From an uncultured Sulfurimonas sp. (lineage in GTDB: Bacteria > Campylobacterota > Campylobacteria > Campylobacterales > Sulfurimonadaceae), in NCBI GenBank assembly GCA_964518545.1, contig CAZFGS010000001.1, positions 8,020 through 72,019 on the forward strand: a stretch of 64,000 bases of DNA, given 5' to 3'. Below are positions 1 to 10,381 of the stretch, piece by piece. Position numbers and translations under genes: made by a program. The notes under the pieces are model-generated. The model made no database searches and was not told where the DNA came from. It worked only from the letters and a program-made list of their open reading frames with translations. Positions within the stretch are counted from its first letter, which is position 1; each line of letters opens with the position of its first letter.

Positions 1-1
1 A

Positions 2-3000
2 TATAAATTTTTCACTCTTCTTTACACTCTTCTCCTCTCCTTATCTCTTCATGCAAAACAAACACCAAACTTTACTACACAAGAGTTAGAATGGATAGAG
101 TCACATCCTCTTATAACTCTAGGTGCTGACAAAAACTGGCCACCATATGAGTACCAAAATGATCAAGGAAAACATACCGGTATAGCAAGTGATTATCTTC
201 GACTCATCTCTCAAAAAAGTGGTTTAAAGTTTCGTATTGTTTCAGATGTTTGGTCCAAAATTTTAAATGATATGCAAGAACATAAGTTTGATGGTCTTAG
301 CTGTGCTGTAAAAACACCAGAAAGAAAAAAATATCTCAATTTTTCTACCCCTTATCTAAGTATGCCTTTAGCAATCATTGTTAGAAACTCCAATACCGAT
401 ATCATAAACCTCAATGATCTCAAAGATAAACTTGTTTCTGTCAATAAGGGTTCTTATCTTCATGAATGGCTCAAACACAACCATCCTGAGATAAAACTCT
501 ATCTTACTAAATCTAATGTTGCATCCCTGAAAGCACTCTCTTTTGGAAAAGTTGATGCTTATATTGGTAATATTGCAGTAGCTACTTACATCATACAAAA
601 TAACTTCTTATCAAACCTCAAAATCATTAATAATCTCCAAGGTCTCGATACACAAGTCTCCATTGCCGTTGAGAAAGGTAATGCCATCTTACTCTCTATA
701 ATTAACAAAACATTAGCTTCTATTACAGATGATGAGAAAAGAGCAGTAATACAAAAATGGTATCAAAAAACAAAATTTAAAACAAAGCTCTTAACATTAC
801 AAGAGGAACAATGGGTAAAAAAACATATTGTAAAAGTGGGAGGGGGACCAGATTGGGCACCATTTGACTTTGTCAATAAAAACGGTACATATACAGGGAT
901 ATCAAATGATTACTTGAAACTTATTTCCAAAAAAACAGGTCTTAAATTTCATGTCATTGTAGATCAGTGGAGTCATAATCTTAAAAAGATAAAAGATTCT
1001 CAAATCGATATGTTGCATGCCGTGTACTATACAAAAGAGAGAGCAGAATATATGGATTTTGCGAGACCTTACCTTGATATGCTTGATTATTTTTTTATTC
1101 GTGATGATCTCAATGTAAAAACGATGGAAGAGCTCAATGGCAAAACAGTTGCAATCCCTAAAGGGTATGCACATATAAAACTCCTGCACGATGAGTTTCC
1201 ACAACTTAAAATTTTAGAAGTCAATACATTTTCTGATGCCATAGATGCTGTTTTAGAAAAAAGGGCTGACATTTTATTTGACACTTATGCTGCACTTACT
1301 TATGTATTGAAGCAGCAAGGGATCTCCACCATTATCCCTTTTAAATCCTATCGTGGAAAAAATATTATTCGCCTTTATATGGCAACAGCAAAAAACAAAC
1401 CCATTCTTCTCTCTATTCTCAATAAAGCCTTACAAACCATCACAAATAAAGAAGCAGAAGCTATACATAACAAATGGCTTGGGGTAGAAAAGCTACAAGG
1501 CTCCAACCTTATTAGCCTTAGTATTAAGGAGTATCAATGGATACAAAAGCATCCTATACTTACATATAGTGAGATAGATTGGAAACCTCTCTCCAATATT
1601 CAAAATGGAGAGATGCATGGTTTACTTAGAGATTATTTAGATCTTTTAGAAAAAAAGATTGGACTCAAATTCAAATATATACCTTCAACAAACTGGCCAG
1701 ATGTTTTAAAAAAATTTAAAAATAACACCATAAATATCACTCCAGGTGCAGGCGATGACACATACCAACATAAACTTGGACTTTTAAGTAAAAGTTTTGC
1801 AAGTTTCCCTTTTGTCCTTGTGACCCGTAATGACACCTCTTTTATCAATAGCCTTGATGAGTTTGAAAATGAAGATAAAATCATTGCTGTTCCAAAATAC
1901 TGGACAAGCTACAATTACCTTATATCGCAAAAGCCAAATATTAAAATAATTGGGACAAAAGATGTACTTGAAGCACTTGAGCTTGTTAAAAATGGAAAAG
2001 CTTATGCCTTTTTGGGACATATGGCAGTTGCTATGCACTATGTAGGTACCTACTATCCAAATACACTCCATATTGCAGGAAAAACAAACTTTAATTTTAA
2101 TCATAGAATTTTACTCCACAATGATGACAAAATTTTACTAGGTATCTTAAATAAAGCCATCGACAGTATCACTTCTAATGAGAAAATAGCCATTAAAAAC
2201 CGTTGGATGCAGGTGCATGTTACAGAAGCGATGGATTTGAGTTTTCTTTGGAAATACCTTTTTATATTTCTTTTTATTTTAGCTCTTTTTATCTACTGGA
2301 ATAGAAAATTAGCCTATGAGATTAAAGAGAGAAAAATTATAGAAGATGCACTTCAAGTTGAAAAAGAAAATTTAGAGATTCTTTCAAAAAAACTTCAAAA
2401 AGCAAAAGAGGAAGCAGATTCTGCAAACCGTTCTAAGTCTGAATTTTTAGCCAATATGTCACATGAGATTAGAACCCCTATGAATGCTATCATAGGCTTT
2501 ACAGAACTTCTCAATGAACAACTCTCAGAACCAAGACTCAAGTCCTATGTTAAAACCATACAAAATGCAAGCAATACACTTTTAACTCTTATCAACGACA
2601 TTCTAGATCTCTCAAAGATAGAAGCTGGAAAACTTCAGATCAATAAAACACCAACAAACCTTTTTAATCTTGCAAATGAGATCAGCTCTATATTTATGAT
2701 GGGGATGAAGAAAAAAGGTCTTGATTTTATAGTAGATGTTGAAGAATCAATTCCTAAAAGTTTACTTATTGATGAAGTAAGGCTGCGACAGATCCTTTTT
2801 AACCTCATTGGAAATGCTGTCAAATTTACAGAAGATGGCTATATCAAGCTCTCTATTGAGTCTTACAATGTTCAAGAACATCTCTCAAAACTTGATCTGA
2901 AAATCTCTGTAGAAGATACAGGTATAGGGATCCCTGAGAATCAGATTCAAAAGATTTTTCAAGCTTTTGAACAAAGAGATGGTCAAGACAATAGAAAATT

Positions 3001-3874
3001 TGGAGGTACTGGTCTTGGGCTCTCCATATCGAAAAGATTATCTGAGATGATGAATGGAAAGATTGCACTTACAAGTGAGCAAAACAAAGGAACAACCTTT
3101 AGTGTTCACCTCTATAATGTAGATATAGCTACGATACAAGATAAGCTAGAGATAAAAGAGCATTTACAAAAACAAGAGATTATATTTAAAGAAGCTACTG
3201 TACTTGTTGTTGATGATATAAAAGACAATAGAGAGCTTATAGTAAAAAACTTTGAACAAACTAAGATCAAAGTACTCACAGCCAATGATGGACTTGAAGC
3301 TATAGCGATATTTAAAGCACAACAACCTCAACTCATACTTATGGATATACGTATGCCAAATATGGATGGGTATGAAGCAGCTCAAGAGATTAAAAACATA
3401 TCTCAAGTTCCTATTGTTGCACTAACTGCATCTGTCATGCAAGATGAAAAAGATAAAATTAAAACGAAAAACTTTGATGGTTATTTACGAAAACCTGTCT
3501 TAAAAGATGAACTTTTTTATGAGATAAGCCAATTTTTAGCTTATACAAAAGCTGATACCCAAGAAGATATGAAAAAGAATGTGAGAAAAGAAGCTTTTAT
3601 CTTAAGTGAAAAAGCAAAATTAAATATTGGAATTATTATAGAAACTATTGAGAAAGAGATTACTCCACTTTGGGAAAGAGCGAGCCATAGCAATAGTATC
3701 TCTGATGTAAAAACCATGGCTCAAAAGCTCCAAGAGATTGCCATAGAATACGATATAGAACCACTCAAAAAATATACAGATACTCTCAATCAGGCAGTGG
3801 ATGTTTTTGATATTGTCACTATGCAAATGTTATTAAAAGATTATGAAAATACAATAAAAGAATTGGTAGCTTAA
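2..3874 (+). CDS. Hybrid sensor histidine kinase/response regulator with three periplasmic solute-binding (PBPb) domains, BvgS/EvgS-like; 5' end lies just outside the window
   Basis: Frame is open from position 2 ([20 protein letters not shown]...[12 protein letters not shown]), so 272 is not the true start. Three PBP repeats, a TM helix, H-box [15 protein letters not shown]-box GGTGLGL, and a receiver domain VVDD...LMDIRMP. Confidence 0.9.
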   Translation, partial: YKFFTLLYTLLLSLSLHAKQTPNFTTQELEWIESHPLITLGADKNWPPYEYQNDQGKHTGIASDYLRLISQKSGLKFRIVSDVWSKILNDMQEHKFDGLSCAVKTPERKKYLNFSTPYLSMPLAIIVRNSNTDIINLNDLKDKLVSVNKGSYLHEWLKHNHPEIKLYLTKSNVASLKALSFGKVDAYIGNIAVATYIIQNNFLSNLKIINNLQGLDTQVSIAVEKGNAILLSIINKTLASITDDEKRAVIQKWYQKTKFKTKLLTLQEEQWVKKHIVKVGGGPDWAPFDFVNKNGTYTGISNDYLKLISKKTGLKFHVIVDQWSHNLKKIKDSQIDMLHAVYYTKERAEYMDFARPYLDMLDYFFIRDDLNVKTMEELNGKTVAIPKGYAHIKLLHDEFPQLKILEVNTFSDAIDAVLEKRADILFDTYAALTYVLKQQGISTIIPFKSYRGKNIIRLYMATAKNKPILLSILNKALQTITNKEAEAIHNKWLGVEKLQGSNLISLSIKEYQWIQKHPILTYSEIDWKPLSNIQNGEMHGLLRDYLDLLEKKIGLKFKYIPSTNWPDVLKKFKNNTINITPGAGDDTYQHKLGLLSKSFASFPFVLVTRNDTSFINSLDEFENEDKIIAVPKYWTSYNYLISQKPNIKIIGTKDVLEALELVKNGKAYAFLGHMAVAMHYVGTYYPNTLHIAGKTNFNFNHRILLHNDDKILLGILNKAIDSITSNEKIAIKNRWMQVHVTEAMDLSFLWKYLFIFLFILALFIYWNRKLAYEIKERKIIEDALQVEKENLEILSKKLQKAKEEADSANRSKSEFLANMSHEIRTPMNAIIGFTELLNEQLSEPRLKSYVKTIQNASNTLLTLINDILDLSKIEAGKLQINKTPTNLFNLANEISSIFMMGMKKKGLDFIVDVEESIPKSLLIDEVRLRQILFNLIGNAVKFTEDGYIKLSIESYNVQEHLSKLDLKISVEDTGIGIPENQIQKIFQAFEQRDGQDNRKFGGTGLGLSISKRLSEMMNGKIALTSEQNKGTTFSVHLYNVDIATIQDKLEIKEHLQKQEIIFKEATVLVVDDIKDNRELIVKNFEQTKIKVLTANDGLEAIAIFKAQQPQLILMDIRMPNMDGYEAAQEIKNISQVPIVALTASVMQDEKDKIKTKNFDGYLRKPVLKDELFYEISQFLAYTKADTQEDMKKNVRKEAFILSEKAKLNIGIIIETIEKEITPLWERASHSNSISDVKTMAQKLQEIAIEYDIEPLKKYTDTLNQAVDVFDIVTMQMLLKDYENTIKELVA

Positions 3875-3875
3875 G

Positions 3876-3981
3876 ACTCCCCTCCAGATGGCTGCGGCAC
3901 ATAACAGAACTAAGTGTGCTGCTGTATTCCTACCCTGACACATTACTCAGAACTGTCATTGCACAGGTCTAAAGAGAAGCG
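3876..3981 (-). ncRNA. ffs: Signal recognition particle RNA (4.5S, small bacterial type)
   Basis: Minus strand contains the domain IV signature GTCAGG-GTA-GGAA-TAC-AGCAGC. The 5' CTTCTCTTTAGA pairs with the 3' TCTGGAGGGGAG. TATAAT lies at 3987-3992 upstream. Ends are approximate. Confidence 0.9.
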
Positions 3982-3986
3982 ACGAA

Positions 3987-4019
3987 ATTATAACAGCTTT
4001 TTCTTAAAAATGGTATAAT
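3987..4019. promoter_or_regulatory. Back-to-back sigma70 -10 boxes for ffs (minus) and the PG-salvage operon (plus)
   Basis: TATAAT on minus at 3987-3992; TGGTATAAT on plus at 4011-4019, 6 nt before ATG 4026. Confidence 0.6.
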
Positions 4020-4025
4020 CCTTCA

Positions 4026-4550
4026 ATGATTTATATAATAGTAGCCCTCAAAAGTGAGGCACAAGCCTTTGTTGACCTTTACAAACTCCAAAAAAGTAAG
4101 CTCTCTGGCTACACACTTTTTTCCAATGAGACTTTGAGAATCATTGTAAGTGGCATAGGGGTACAAAATGCAAGAGTTGCGACCCAGACACTCATCAACC
4201 ATTTTGACATCACAGATGAGGATAGCTACTACAACATTGGCATCTGTGGAGCTTCTCAAACATATGAGATAGGTTCACTTTTAAAGATAGGCTCTATTGA
4301 GTACAAAGAGATACTCTACACTTACGATGAGACAAAAGCAAAAATTGTCTGTGTTGATGAAGAGGTATGTGAAAACCACTTTAAGATTGTCGATATGGAG
4401 AGCTATGGTTTTTATGATGCTGTTGTGCATAACCCAGCGATACAAAACTTTTCTATCTACAAGGTGGTAAGTGACCATTTTGAGCCTCACACCATAACTA
4501 AAGAGAAGACAAAAAAACTTATTTTTCAAGCACTCAAGGAGATTTTTTGA
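4026..4550 (+). CDS. Nucleoside phosphorylase/MTA-SAH nucleosidase-fold protein
   Basis: Motifs VALKSEA, SGIG, NIGICG, VDMES and KVVSD are typical of the PNP_UDP_1 fold. Confidence 0.6.
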   Translation: MIYIIVALKSEAQAFVDLYKLQKSKLSGYTLFSNETLRIIVSGIGVQNARVATQTLINHFDITDEDSYYNIGICGASQTYEIGSLLKIGSIEYKEILYTYDETKAKIVCVDEEVCENHFKIVDMESYGFYDAVVHNPAIQNFSIYKVVSDHFEPHTITKEKTKKLIFQALKEIF

Positions 4551-6202
4551 GATATTTACTAACATTTTTACTGAGTTTCACTCTACTTCAAGCCCTTCCA
4601 AGTGACAAAGAGCTTCACAAGATGATAGGACATATGCTTATTATGGGCTTTGATGGTACAAGTGTGGATGAGGACTCCCCTATTGTTAAAGATATAGAGG
4701 AGTATCAACTCGGTGGAGTGATTCTTTTTGACAGGGACTACAAAAAGAGAGCTAAAACAAAAAATATCAGCTCACCAAAACAACTTGCAAAACTTACAAA
4801 AGAGCTCAAAAGCTTCGCCAAAGCACCCCTGTTTATAAGTGTTGACCAAGAGGGTGGCAAGGTGGCACGCCTCAAACCTCAATATGGATTTGAAGCCATC
4901 CCCTCTGCTACTAAAGTTGGCAAAATGGGTTATAAAAAGACAGTGAAGAGCTATGAAAAACTCTCTCAAATGCTCCAAGGTGCAGGTATCAACATGAACT
5001 TTGCACCAGTAGTTGATTTGGCAGTCAATCCCAAAAACAAGGTGATTGTTGGACTAGAGCGCTCTTTTGGAGCTGATCCCAGACAGGTTGTTGCTTACTC
5101 TAAAGTACTCATAGAACTACAAAAACGCCACCATATCATCTCTGTACTCAAACATTTTCCGGGGCATGGCTCTTCACTTGGGGATTCTCACAAAGGTTTT
5201 GTAGATGTAAGCGAGACTTGGTCACCTGAGGAATTAGAACCTTACTATGAGCTTATCAAAGAGAACCAAGCCGATATGATTATGACTGCTCATGTTTTTA
5301 ACTCCCACATCGACAACAAGTACCCAGCAACCCTCTCTAAAAAATTTAACACAGACCTTCTTCGCAATATGATGGCGTTTCAAGGTGTTATCGTGAGTGA
5401 TGATATGCAGATGGGAGCCATTACACAACACTACTCACTCAAAGAGAGAGTCACTCTTGGAATCAATGCAGGGGTAGATATGCTCCTTTTTGGTAACCAG
5501 CTAGAACACAATAGTGCCAAAGAGATTATAAACACCATTACAGCACAGGTAAAAAGTGGTGCCATTGCTTTTGAGAAGATACAAGAGGCAAACCTTCGCA
5601 TTGAAAATCTTCATACAAAGTACTCCATCATCCAAAAACCCATAGATTTTACAAACAAACGCAAACTCCTTACTAAAGAGTACATCAAACAGCACTACGG
5701 ACTTGATGTGAAAGATATTACCATCATACCTCAAACTATAGTACTGCATTGGACAGCAGTTATGGGGCTTGAAAAATCATTTCAAAGACTCAAAGCAGAG
5801 CTTCTCTACAGCGACCGTAAAGATATAGCGGCAGCCTCTGCTCTTAATGTCTCAGCCCACTTCTTAGTAGACAGAGACGGCACCATCTACCAACTCATGC
5901 CAGACAACTGGATGGCCCGCCATGTTATAGGGCTTAACTACACAAGTATAGGGGTGGAAAATGTTGGAGGAGAAGGCAATAAAAAAGAGGACTTAACCCC
6001 TGCTCAACTTCAAGCCAACATCCACCTCATCCACTATCTTCAAGCTAAATACCCAAGTATCAAAAATATTATTGGGCATTACGAGTACAGAGAGTTTGAA
6101 AACACAGCTCTCTGGCTAGAAAAAGACAGTTCATATCGCACAAAGAAAGCAGATCCTGGTAAAGTGTTTATGAAAAATATTCGAGAAGCTCTTGCAAAGT
6201 AG
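4547..6202 (+). CDS. nagZ: Secreted GH3 beta-N-acetylglucosaminidase (NagZ-like) fused to a C-terminal N-acetylmuramoyl-L-alanine amidase (Amidase_2)
   Basis: Signal peptide; GH3 motifs VDQEGG, KHFPGHG and SDDM; amidase motifs IVLHWT, SAHFLVDRDG, ARH, SIGVE, GHYE and DPG. Confidence 0.85.
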   Translation: MRYLLTFLLSFTLLQALPSDKELHKMIGHMLIMGFDGTSVDEDSPIVKDIEEYQLGGVILFDRDYKKRAKTKNISSPKQLAKLTKELKSFAKAPLFISVDQEGGKVARLKPQYGFEAIPSATKVGKMGYKKTVKSYEKLSQMLQGAGINMNFAPVVDLAVNPKNKVIVGLERSFGADPRQVVAYSKVLIELQKRHHIISVLKHFPGHGSSLGDSHKGFVDVSETWSPEELEPYYELIKENQADMIMTAHVFNSHIDNKYPATLSKKFNTDLLRNMMAFQGVIVSDDMQMGAITQHYSLKERVTLGINAGVDMLLFGNQLEHNSAKEIINTITAQVKSGAIAFEKIQEANLRIENLHTKYSIIQKPIDFTNKRKLLTKEYIKQHYGLDVKDITIIPQTIVLHWTAVMGLEKSFQRLKAELLYSDRKDIAAASALNVSAHFLVDRDGTIYQLMPDNWMARHVIGLNYTSIGVENVGGEGNKKEDLTPAQLQANIHLIHYLQAKYPSIKNIIGHYEYREFENTALWLEKDSSYRTKKADPGKVFMKNIREALAK

Positions 6203-7673
6203 CAGTTTTGCACCCCTAGACTGGCTTCTCTTTTTTACCTACTTTGGAGTGCTAGGATTTAGTTCTTGGTATTTTTCCAAAAAAACTATAAACTCCACAA
6301 AGGAGTATTTTACCGCTTCAAACTCTATGCCTCTCATTGCTGTATCTATCAGTATCTTAGCAACCACACAATCAGCTGCTACCTTTTTAGGGGTACCTGA
6401 GTTTTCCTACTCCAACAACTTCACTCTTATAGGTTTCTACTTCTCCTCTTTGCTTGGAGTTCTTTTTGTTGCCAAGTTTCTTGTCCCTAAATTTTATGCC
6501 ATAAACGCCATGACAGTCTATGAGCTTTTAGAAAAACGCTATGGGAGCAGAGCAAAAGAGCAAGCAGGAGTGATGTTTTTAGTGGGGCGCATTATGGCAA
6601 GTGGAGCCCGTCTCTACATTGCAGCCTTAGCGATTAGTATGATACTTTTCTTCGATATCACAGCTTTTCATATGCTACTCTCTGCCACACTTCTGCTCTT
6701 TGGAGCACTTATCTATACCTATTTTGGAGGGGTGCGTTCTGTCATTTTAAGCGATGTGATTCAAGCCTTTACTTATGTAAGTGCTGGGCTTATCGTACTT
6801 TTCTTTTTATACCACTCCCTTGATGGTGTAGATATTATGAGCATACTCTCAGAGCATGAAAAGCTCACCTTTATAGACAACTCTTTGGATGGAAAATTTA
6901 GTATTATTGGGCTTTTAACTGGTTGGCTTCTACTTAACATTGCAGCCTTTGGACTTGACCAAGACATGACCCAACGAACCCTCTCATGTAAAAACAAAGA
7001 GGAGGCAAGTTCTTCACTCATCCTCTCCATAATCCTCACCATCCCCATTGTGCTTCTTTTTTTAAGCATTGGTGCACTTCTATTTGTTTACTACCAAGAT
7101 GCCTCACTCACACAAAATTTTGAGGGGGAGAAGATTACCATCTTTATGTACTACATCCTCCATGAGATGCCAGAGGGTCTACGAGGTCTTGTCACAGTTG
7201 GAGCCATAGCAGCAGCCCTCTCTAGTACAAACTCAGTTTTAGGGGCGATGGCTAGTGTTGCTATTGAGGATATCTACAAACCCCACTACCTCAAACGCCA
7301 CCCTCAAACACCAGAGAGTCATTTTTTGGCAGCTTCGAAAAAAGCCGTCCTGCTCTTTGCCTTTTTACTCTTAGCAATGGCAATGCTCAGCTACTTCTGG
7401 CAACGCTACTCTGAACTCTCCCTCATCAGTTTTGCTCTTGGAGTGATGGCGTTTGCCTATACAGGTCTTTTAGGTCTGTTTTTTTCAGCCATTTTCACCA
7501 AACGTGGAAGTGCTACAGCAGTTCCTTTTGCACTCGCAGGTGGTTTTCTTAGTGTCCTTGCTCTGCAACCCTACACCTTTGGTATTCATCTAGGTTTCTC
7601 GTGGCAAATAGTTCTTGGAACAGTTGTCGCTTTTAGTGTGATGCAAACACAAAAAGGAGTAAAGGATGAGTGA
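6192..7673 (+). CDS. Sodium:solute symporter (SSS family), candidate amino-sugar importer
   Basis: Many TM helices; SAATFLGVP, YTYFGGVRSV..SD and DQDMTQR motifs. Substrate is inferred from context only. Confidence 0.85.
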   Translation: MQSSSFAPLDWLLFFTYFGVLGFSSWYFSKKTINSTKEYFTASNSMPLIAVSISILATTQSAATFLGVPEFSYSNNFTLIGFYFSSLLGVLFVAKFLVPKFYAINAMTVYELLEKRYGSRAKEQAGVMFLVGRIMASGARLYIAALAISMILFFDITAFHMLLSATLLLFGALIYTYFGGVRSVILSDVIQAFTYVSAGLIVLFFLYHSLDGVDIMSILSEHEKLTFIDNSLDGKFSIIGLLTGWLLLNIAAFGLDQDMTQRTLSCKNKEEASSSLILSIILTIPIVLLFLSIGALLFVYYQDASLTQNFEGEKITIFMYYILHEMPEGLRGLVTVGAIAAALSSTNSVLGAMASVAIEDIYKPHYLKRHPQTPESHFLAASKKAVLLFAFLLLAMAMLSYFWQRYSELSLISFALGVMAFAYTGLLGLFFSAIFTKRGSATAVPFALAGGFLSVLALQPYTFGIHLGFSWQIVLGTVVAFSVMQTQKGVKDE

Positions 7674-7836
7674 GTACTATATCGGGGTAATGAGCGGGAC
7701 AAGTCTTGATGGTGTAGACATCGCTCTATGTGAGATTAATACTCAAGAGTGTAAACTACCCCACTACAAAAATGGGGAGTTTGCTAAAAGTGCTAAACTC
7801 TCCAAAGAGTTTTTAAATGGAGCCCTTTATGAGTAA
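7666..7836 (+). pseudogene. anmK: Internally deleted anhydro-N-acetylmuramic acid kinase remnant (56 aa, in frame)
   Basis: Translates to MSEYYIGVMSGTSLDGVDIALCEINTQECKLPHYKNGEFAKSAKLSKEFLNGALYE. It has the AnmK N-terminal motif IGxMSGTSxDGVD, a mid-protein-like YxxNGEFAKS segment and a C-terminal-like GALY. Confidence 0.85.
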
Positions 7837-8770
7837 ACTCGAAGCATGGCTAGAAACAACATTTTTAAAAGGATACACCATCACTGTTGCCAGTGCCGAT
7901 GCAAGTTTTAGAAAGTACTACAGAGCTAGAAAGGATGAGAAAACTTATATCATTATGGATAGCTCCTTAGAGCTTGACTCCATCAAACCTTTTGTAGGAA
8001 TTAGCTCGCGTTTAAGTGGTGTAGATGTGAATGTACCAAAGATTTATGCGCAAAACTTAGAAGAGGGATTTTTAATACTCGAAGATTTTGGCAATACCAA
8101 TCTTCTTGATGTTTTAAATAAAGACAATTTTAAAATACACTATGCAAATGCCATCGAGGAGATTGTAAAGATGCAAAGAGCCGATGCCACAAACCTTCCA
8201 CTCTATGACAAGGCATTTTTACATTTTGAGATGAACTTAATGAGGGAGTGGTACTTGGAGCAAAAGCTTCTCTATAAACTCTCTCAAAAAGAGGAGAATC
8301 TTCTTGAGAATACTCTTGAGATCATTAGCGAAGTGGTACTCTCTCAACCTCAAAATGTTTTTGTTCATAGAGATTTTCACTCAAGAAACATTATGCTTAC
8401 TAACAAACAAACACTTGGTGTTATAGATTATCAAGATGCGATGAGTGGGGCAATAAGCTATGATTTGGTATCACTACTCAAAGATTGTTATATCTCTTTT
8501 GAACGCCATGAGATAGAAAACCTTGTACTTCTTTTTCGAGACAAGGTAAGCCCAATTACGTCCGATATGGAATTTTTAAAGTGGTTTGATTTTATGGGAC
8601 TGCAACGCCACATCAAAGTACTTGGTATCTTCTCGCGTTTGAGTATTCGCGATGGGAAAGATAGCTACCTCGATGATATCCCCCTTACACTTAACTACAC
8701 CATAGAGACTGCACTTCGTTATGAAGAGACAAAAGCTCTTGGAGAGTTTTTACAAAGGCTAAACCAATGA
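7829..8770 (+). CDS. amgK: Anomeric MurNAc/GlcNAc kinase (APH family)
   Basis: ADASFRKYYR, HRDFHSRN, IDYQDA and GLQRHIKVLGIF motifs; adjacent to murU. Start placed at ATG 7829, overlapping the anmK remnant. Confidence 0.85.
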   Translation: MSKLEAWLETTFLKGYTITVASADASFRKYYRARKDEKTYIIMDSSLELDSIKPFVGISSRLSGVDVNVPKIYAQNLEEGFLILEDFGNTNLLDVLNKDNFKIHYANAIEEIVKMQRADATNLPLYDKAFLHFEMNLMREWYLEQKLLYKLSQKEENLLENTLEIISEVVLSQPQNVFVHRDFHSRNIMLTNKQTLGVIDYQDAMSGAISYDLVSLLKDCYISFERHEIENLVLLFRDKVSPITSDMEFLKWFDFMGLQRHIKVLGIFSRLSIRDGKDSYLDDIPLTLNYTIETALRYEETKALGEFLQRLNQ

Positions 8771-9423
8771 GAGCGATGATACTAGCAGCAGGTCGTGGTG
8801 AGCGGATGAGACCCCTTACAGACACCTTACCAAAACCACTTTTAGAGGTACGAGGCAAGCCTCTTATTGTATGGCATTTAGAGAAACTCTCTCGCAATGG
8901 CTTTCAAGAGGTGGTGATTAACATCGCCCATCTTGGTGAAAAGATTGTTGAGGCTCTTGGAGATGGAAGTAGGTGGAATCTCGAAATTTTCTACTCTGAT
9001 GAGAGAGAGATGGGTGCCCTAGAGAGTGGAGGGGGGATAAAAAAAGCTTTATCATTTTTAGGTAATGAGCCCTTTTTAGTTGTCAATGGAGATGTTTTTT
9101 GTGAGTATGAGTTTGAATGCGATTTTGACTTAAAAGGGAAACTTGCTCATCTTATACTAGTCCCTAACCCTCCTCATAACGAAAAGGGAGATTTTGCTTT
9201 AAATGGAACTGATGTATTTAACAAGGGAAAAAAGATGTACACTTTTTCAGGCATAGGCTACTATAATCCTAATATATTTCAAACCATTGAGTTACAAAAA
9301 ACTCCACTTGCACCTATCTTGCGAGATCTTTGTGAGAAAAAGCTTGTCAGTGGAGAGCTGTTTCAACAAATGTGGCACGACATCGGTACCCCACAAAGAT
9401 TAAAAAAGATAAATAATGACTAA
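8767..9423 (+). CDS. murU: MurNAc-alpha-1-phosphate uridylyltransferase
   Basis: MRAMILAAGRGERMRPLTDTLPKPLL, LESGGGI, NGDV and WHDIGTP; ATGA overlap with amgK. Confidence 0.88.
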   Translation: MRAMILAAGRGERMRPLTDTLPKPLLEVRGKPLIVWHLEKLSRNGFQEVVINIAHLGEKIVEALGDGSRWNLEIFYSDEREMGALESGGGIKKALSFLGNEPFLVVNGDVFCEYEFECDFDLKGKLAHLILVPNPPHNEKGDFALNGTDVFNKGKKMYTFSGIGYYNPNIFQTIELQKTPLAPILRDLCEKKLVSGELFQQMWHDIGTPQRLKKINND

Positions 9424-10381
9424 ACTACTTTTACTCCTGAGCCTTACTACTCTAGCATTTGCCAAGTATGACAACTGCAACTTTAAAAACAAAGACTACA
9501 CTGACATCTGTAAAAAAGTTGTCAAACATGGTGTTTCTTATAAATATGCCAACCAATTTTTACTCTCCTATTTTAAGACGAAGAAGTTCGATGAGATTAG
9601 TTGGAAATATCTGCAACCTTCAAAGATTAAATACCACAAAGAGAATGAAAAAAAAGCCAATAATGTCTTAGTAAAATATGTACCAAAAATGGTGGAAAAT
9701 CTTCATCGCTACAAAAAGGTTTATGATAAAGCAGAGAAAAAATATGGTGTCAATCGTGAGATTATTGCTGCTATTCTCCTTAAAGAGACAAAACTAGACA
9801 AGATCAAACCAACTCACGATGCTTTCATTGTTTTTAACACTATGGTGGTAAGAACAAAAGCTGAGACCTCACGAGAAAAATGGCTTCTTAAAATGGGAAA
9901 AACAAATATGGCAGCTATCATAGAGCATTGCTATAAAAAAGGGGTGAGACCAGAGCAGTGTAACCTTCCAAGTTCTTATGCTGGAGCAGTAGGAATACCT
10001 CAGTTTATGCCAAACTCGTTTATCTACACTGAGGGGTATAAAACAGAAGTTGCCGATCTTACAAAAATGGAAGATGCCATCATCTCTGCTGCGAAATTTC
10101 TGCATAAAAAAGCCTCTTGGGATACACTCATTGATTGGTCAAAGATGCCAGATATTGCCACGGTTGAGCAGGCATGGTATGACTATGAGTTTGAGCATGA
10201 AGATGCCTCTTTTGTGTACGAAAAAAGTAGAAGTGGAAAAGTTTACAGCTGTTTTACTAAGGGAAAACCAGAATTGTCCTATATGAAAGAGTACACGAAG
10301 AAGATTATGCGCTATAACAACTCTTCCAACTATGCTGTAGGTGTTATGCGTTTAGCCTATGATGCTCATCAAGCCCTTTAA
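9416..10381 (+). CDS. Lytic murein transglycosylase, MltB/SLT_2 family
   Basis: Signal peptide; YGVNREIIAAILLKET, SYAGAVGIPQFMP and RYNNSSNYA motifs. Confidence 0.8.
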   Translation: MTKLLLLLSLTTLAFAKYDNCNFKNKDYTDICKKVVKHGVSYKYANQFLLSYFKTKKFDEISWKYLQPSKIKYHKENEKKANNVLVKYVPKMVENLHRYKKVYDKAEKKYGVNREIIAAILLKETKLDKIKPTHDAFIVFNTMVVRTKAETSREKWLLKMGKTNMAAIIEHCYKKGVRPEQCNLPSSYAGAVGIPQFMPNSFIYTEGYKTEVADLTKMEDAIISAAKFLHKKASWDTLIDWSKMPDIATVEQAWYDYEFEHEDASFVYEKSRSGKVYSCFTKGKPELSYMKEYTKKIMRYNNSSNYAVGVMRLAYDAHQAL

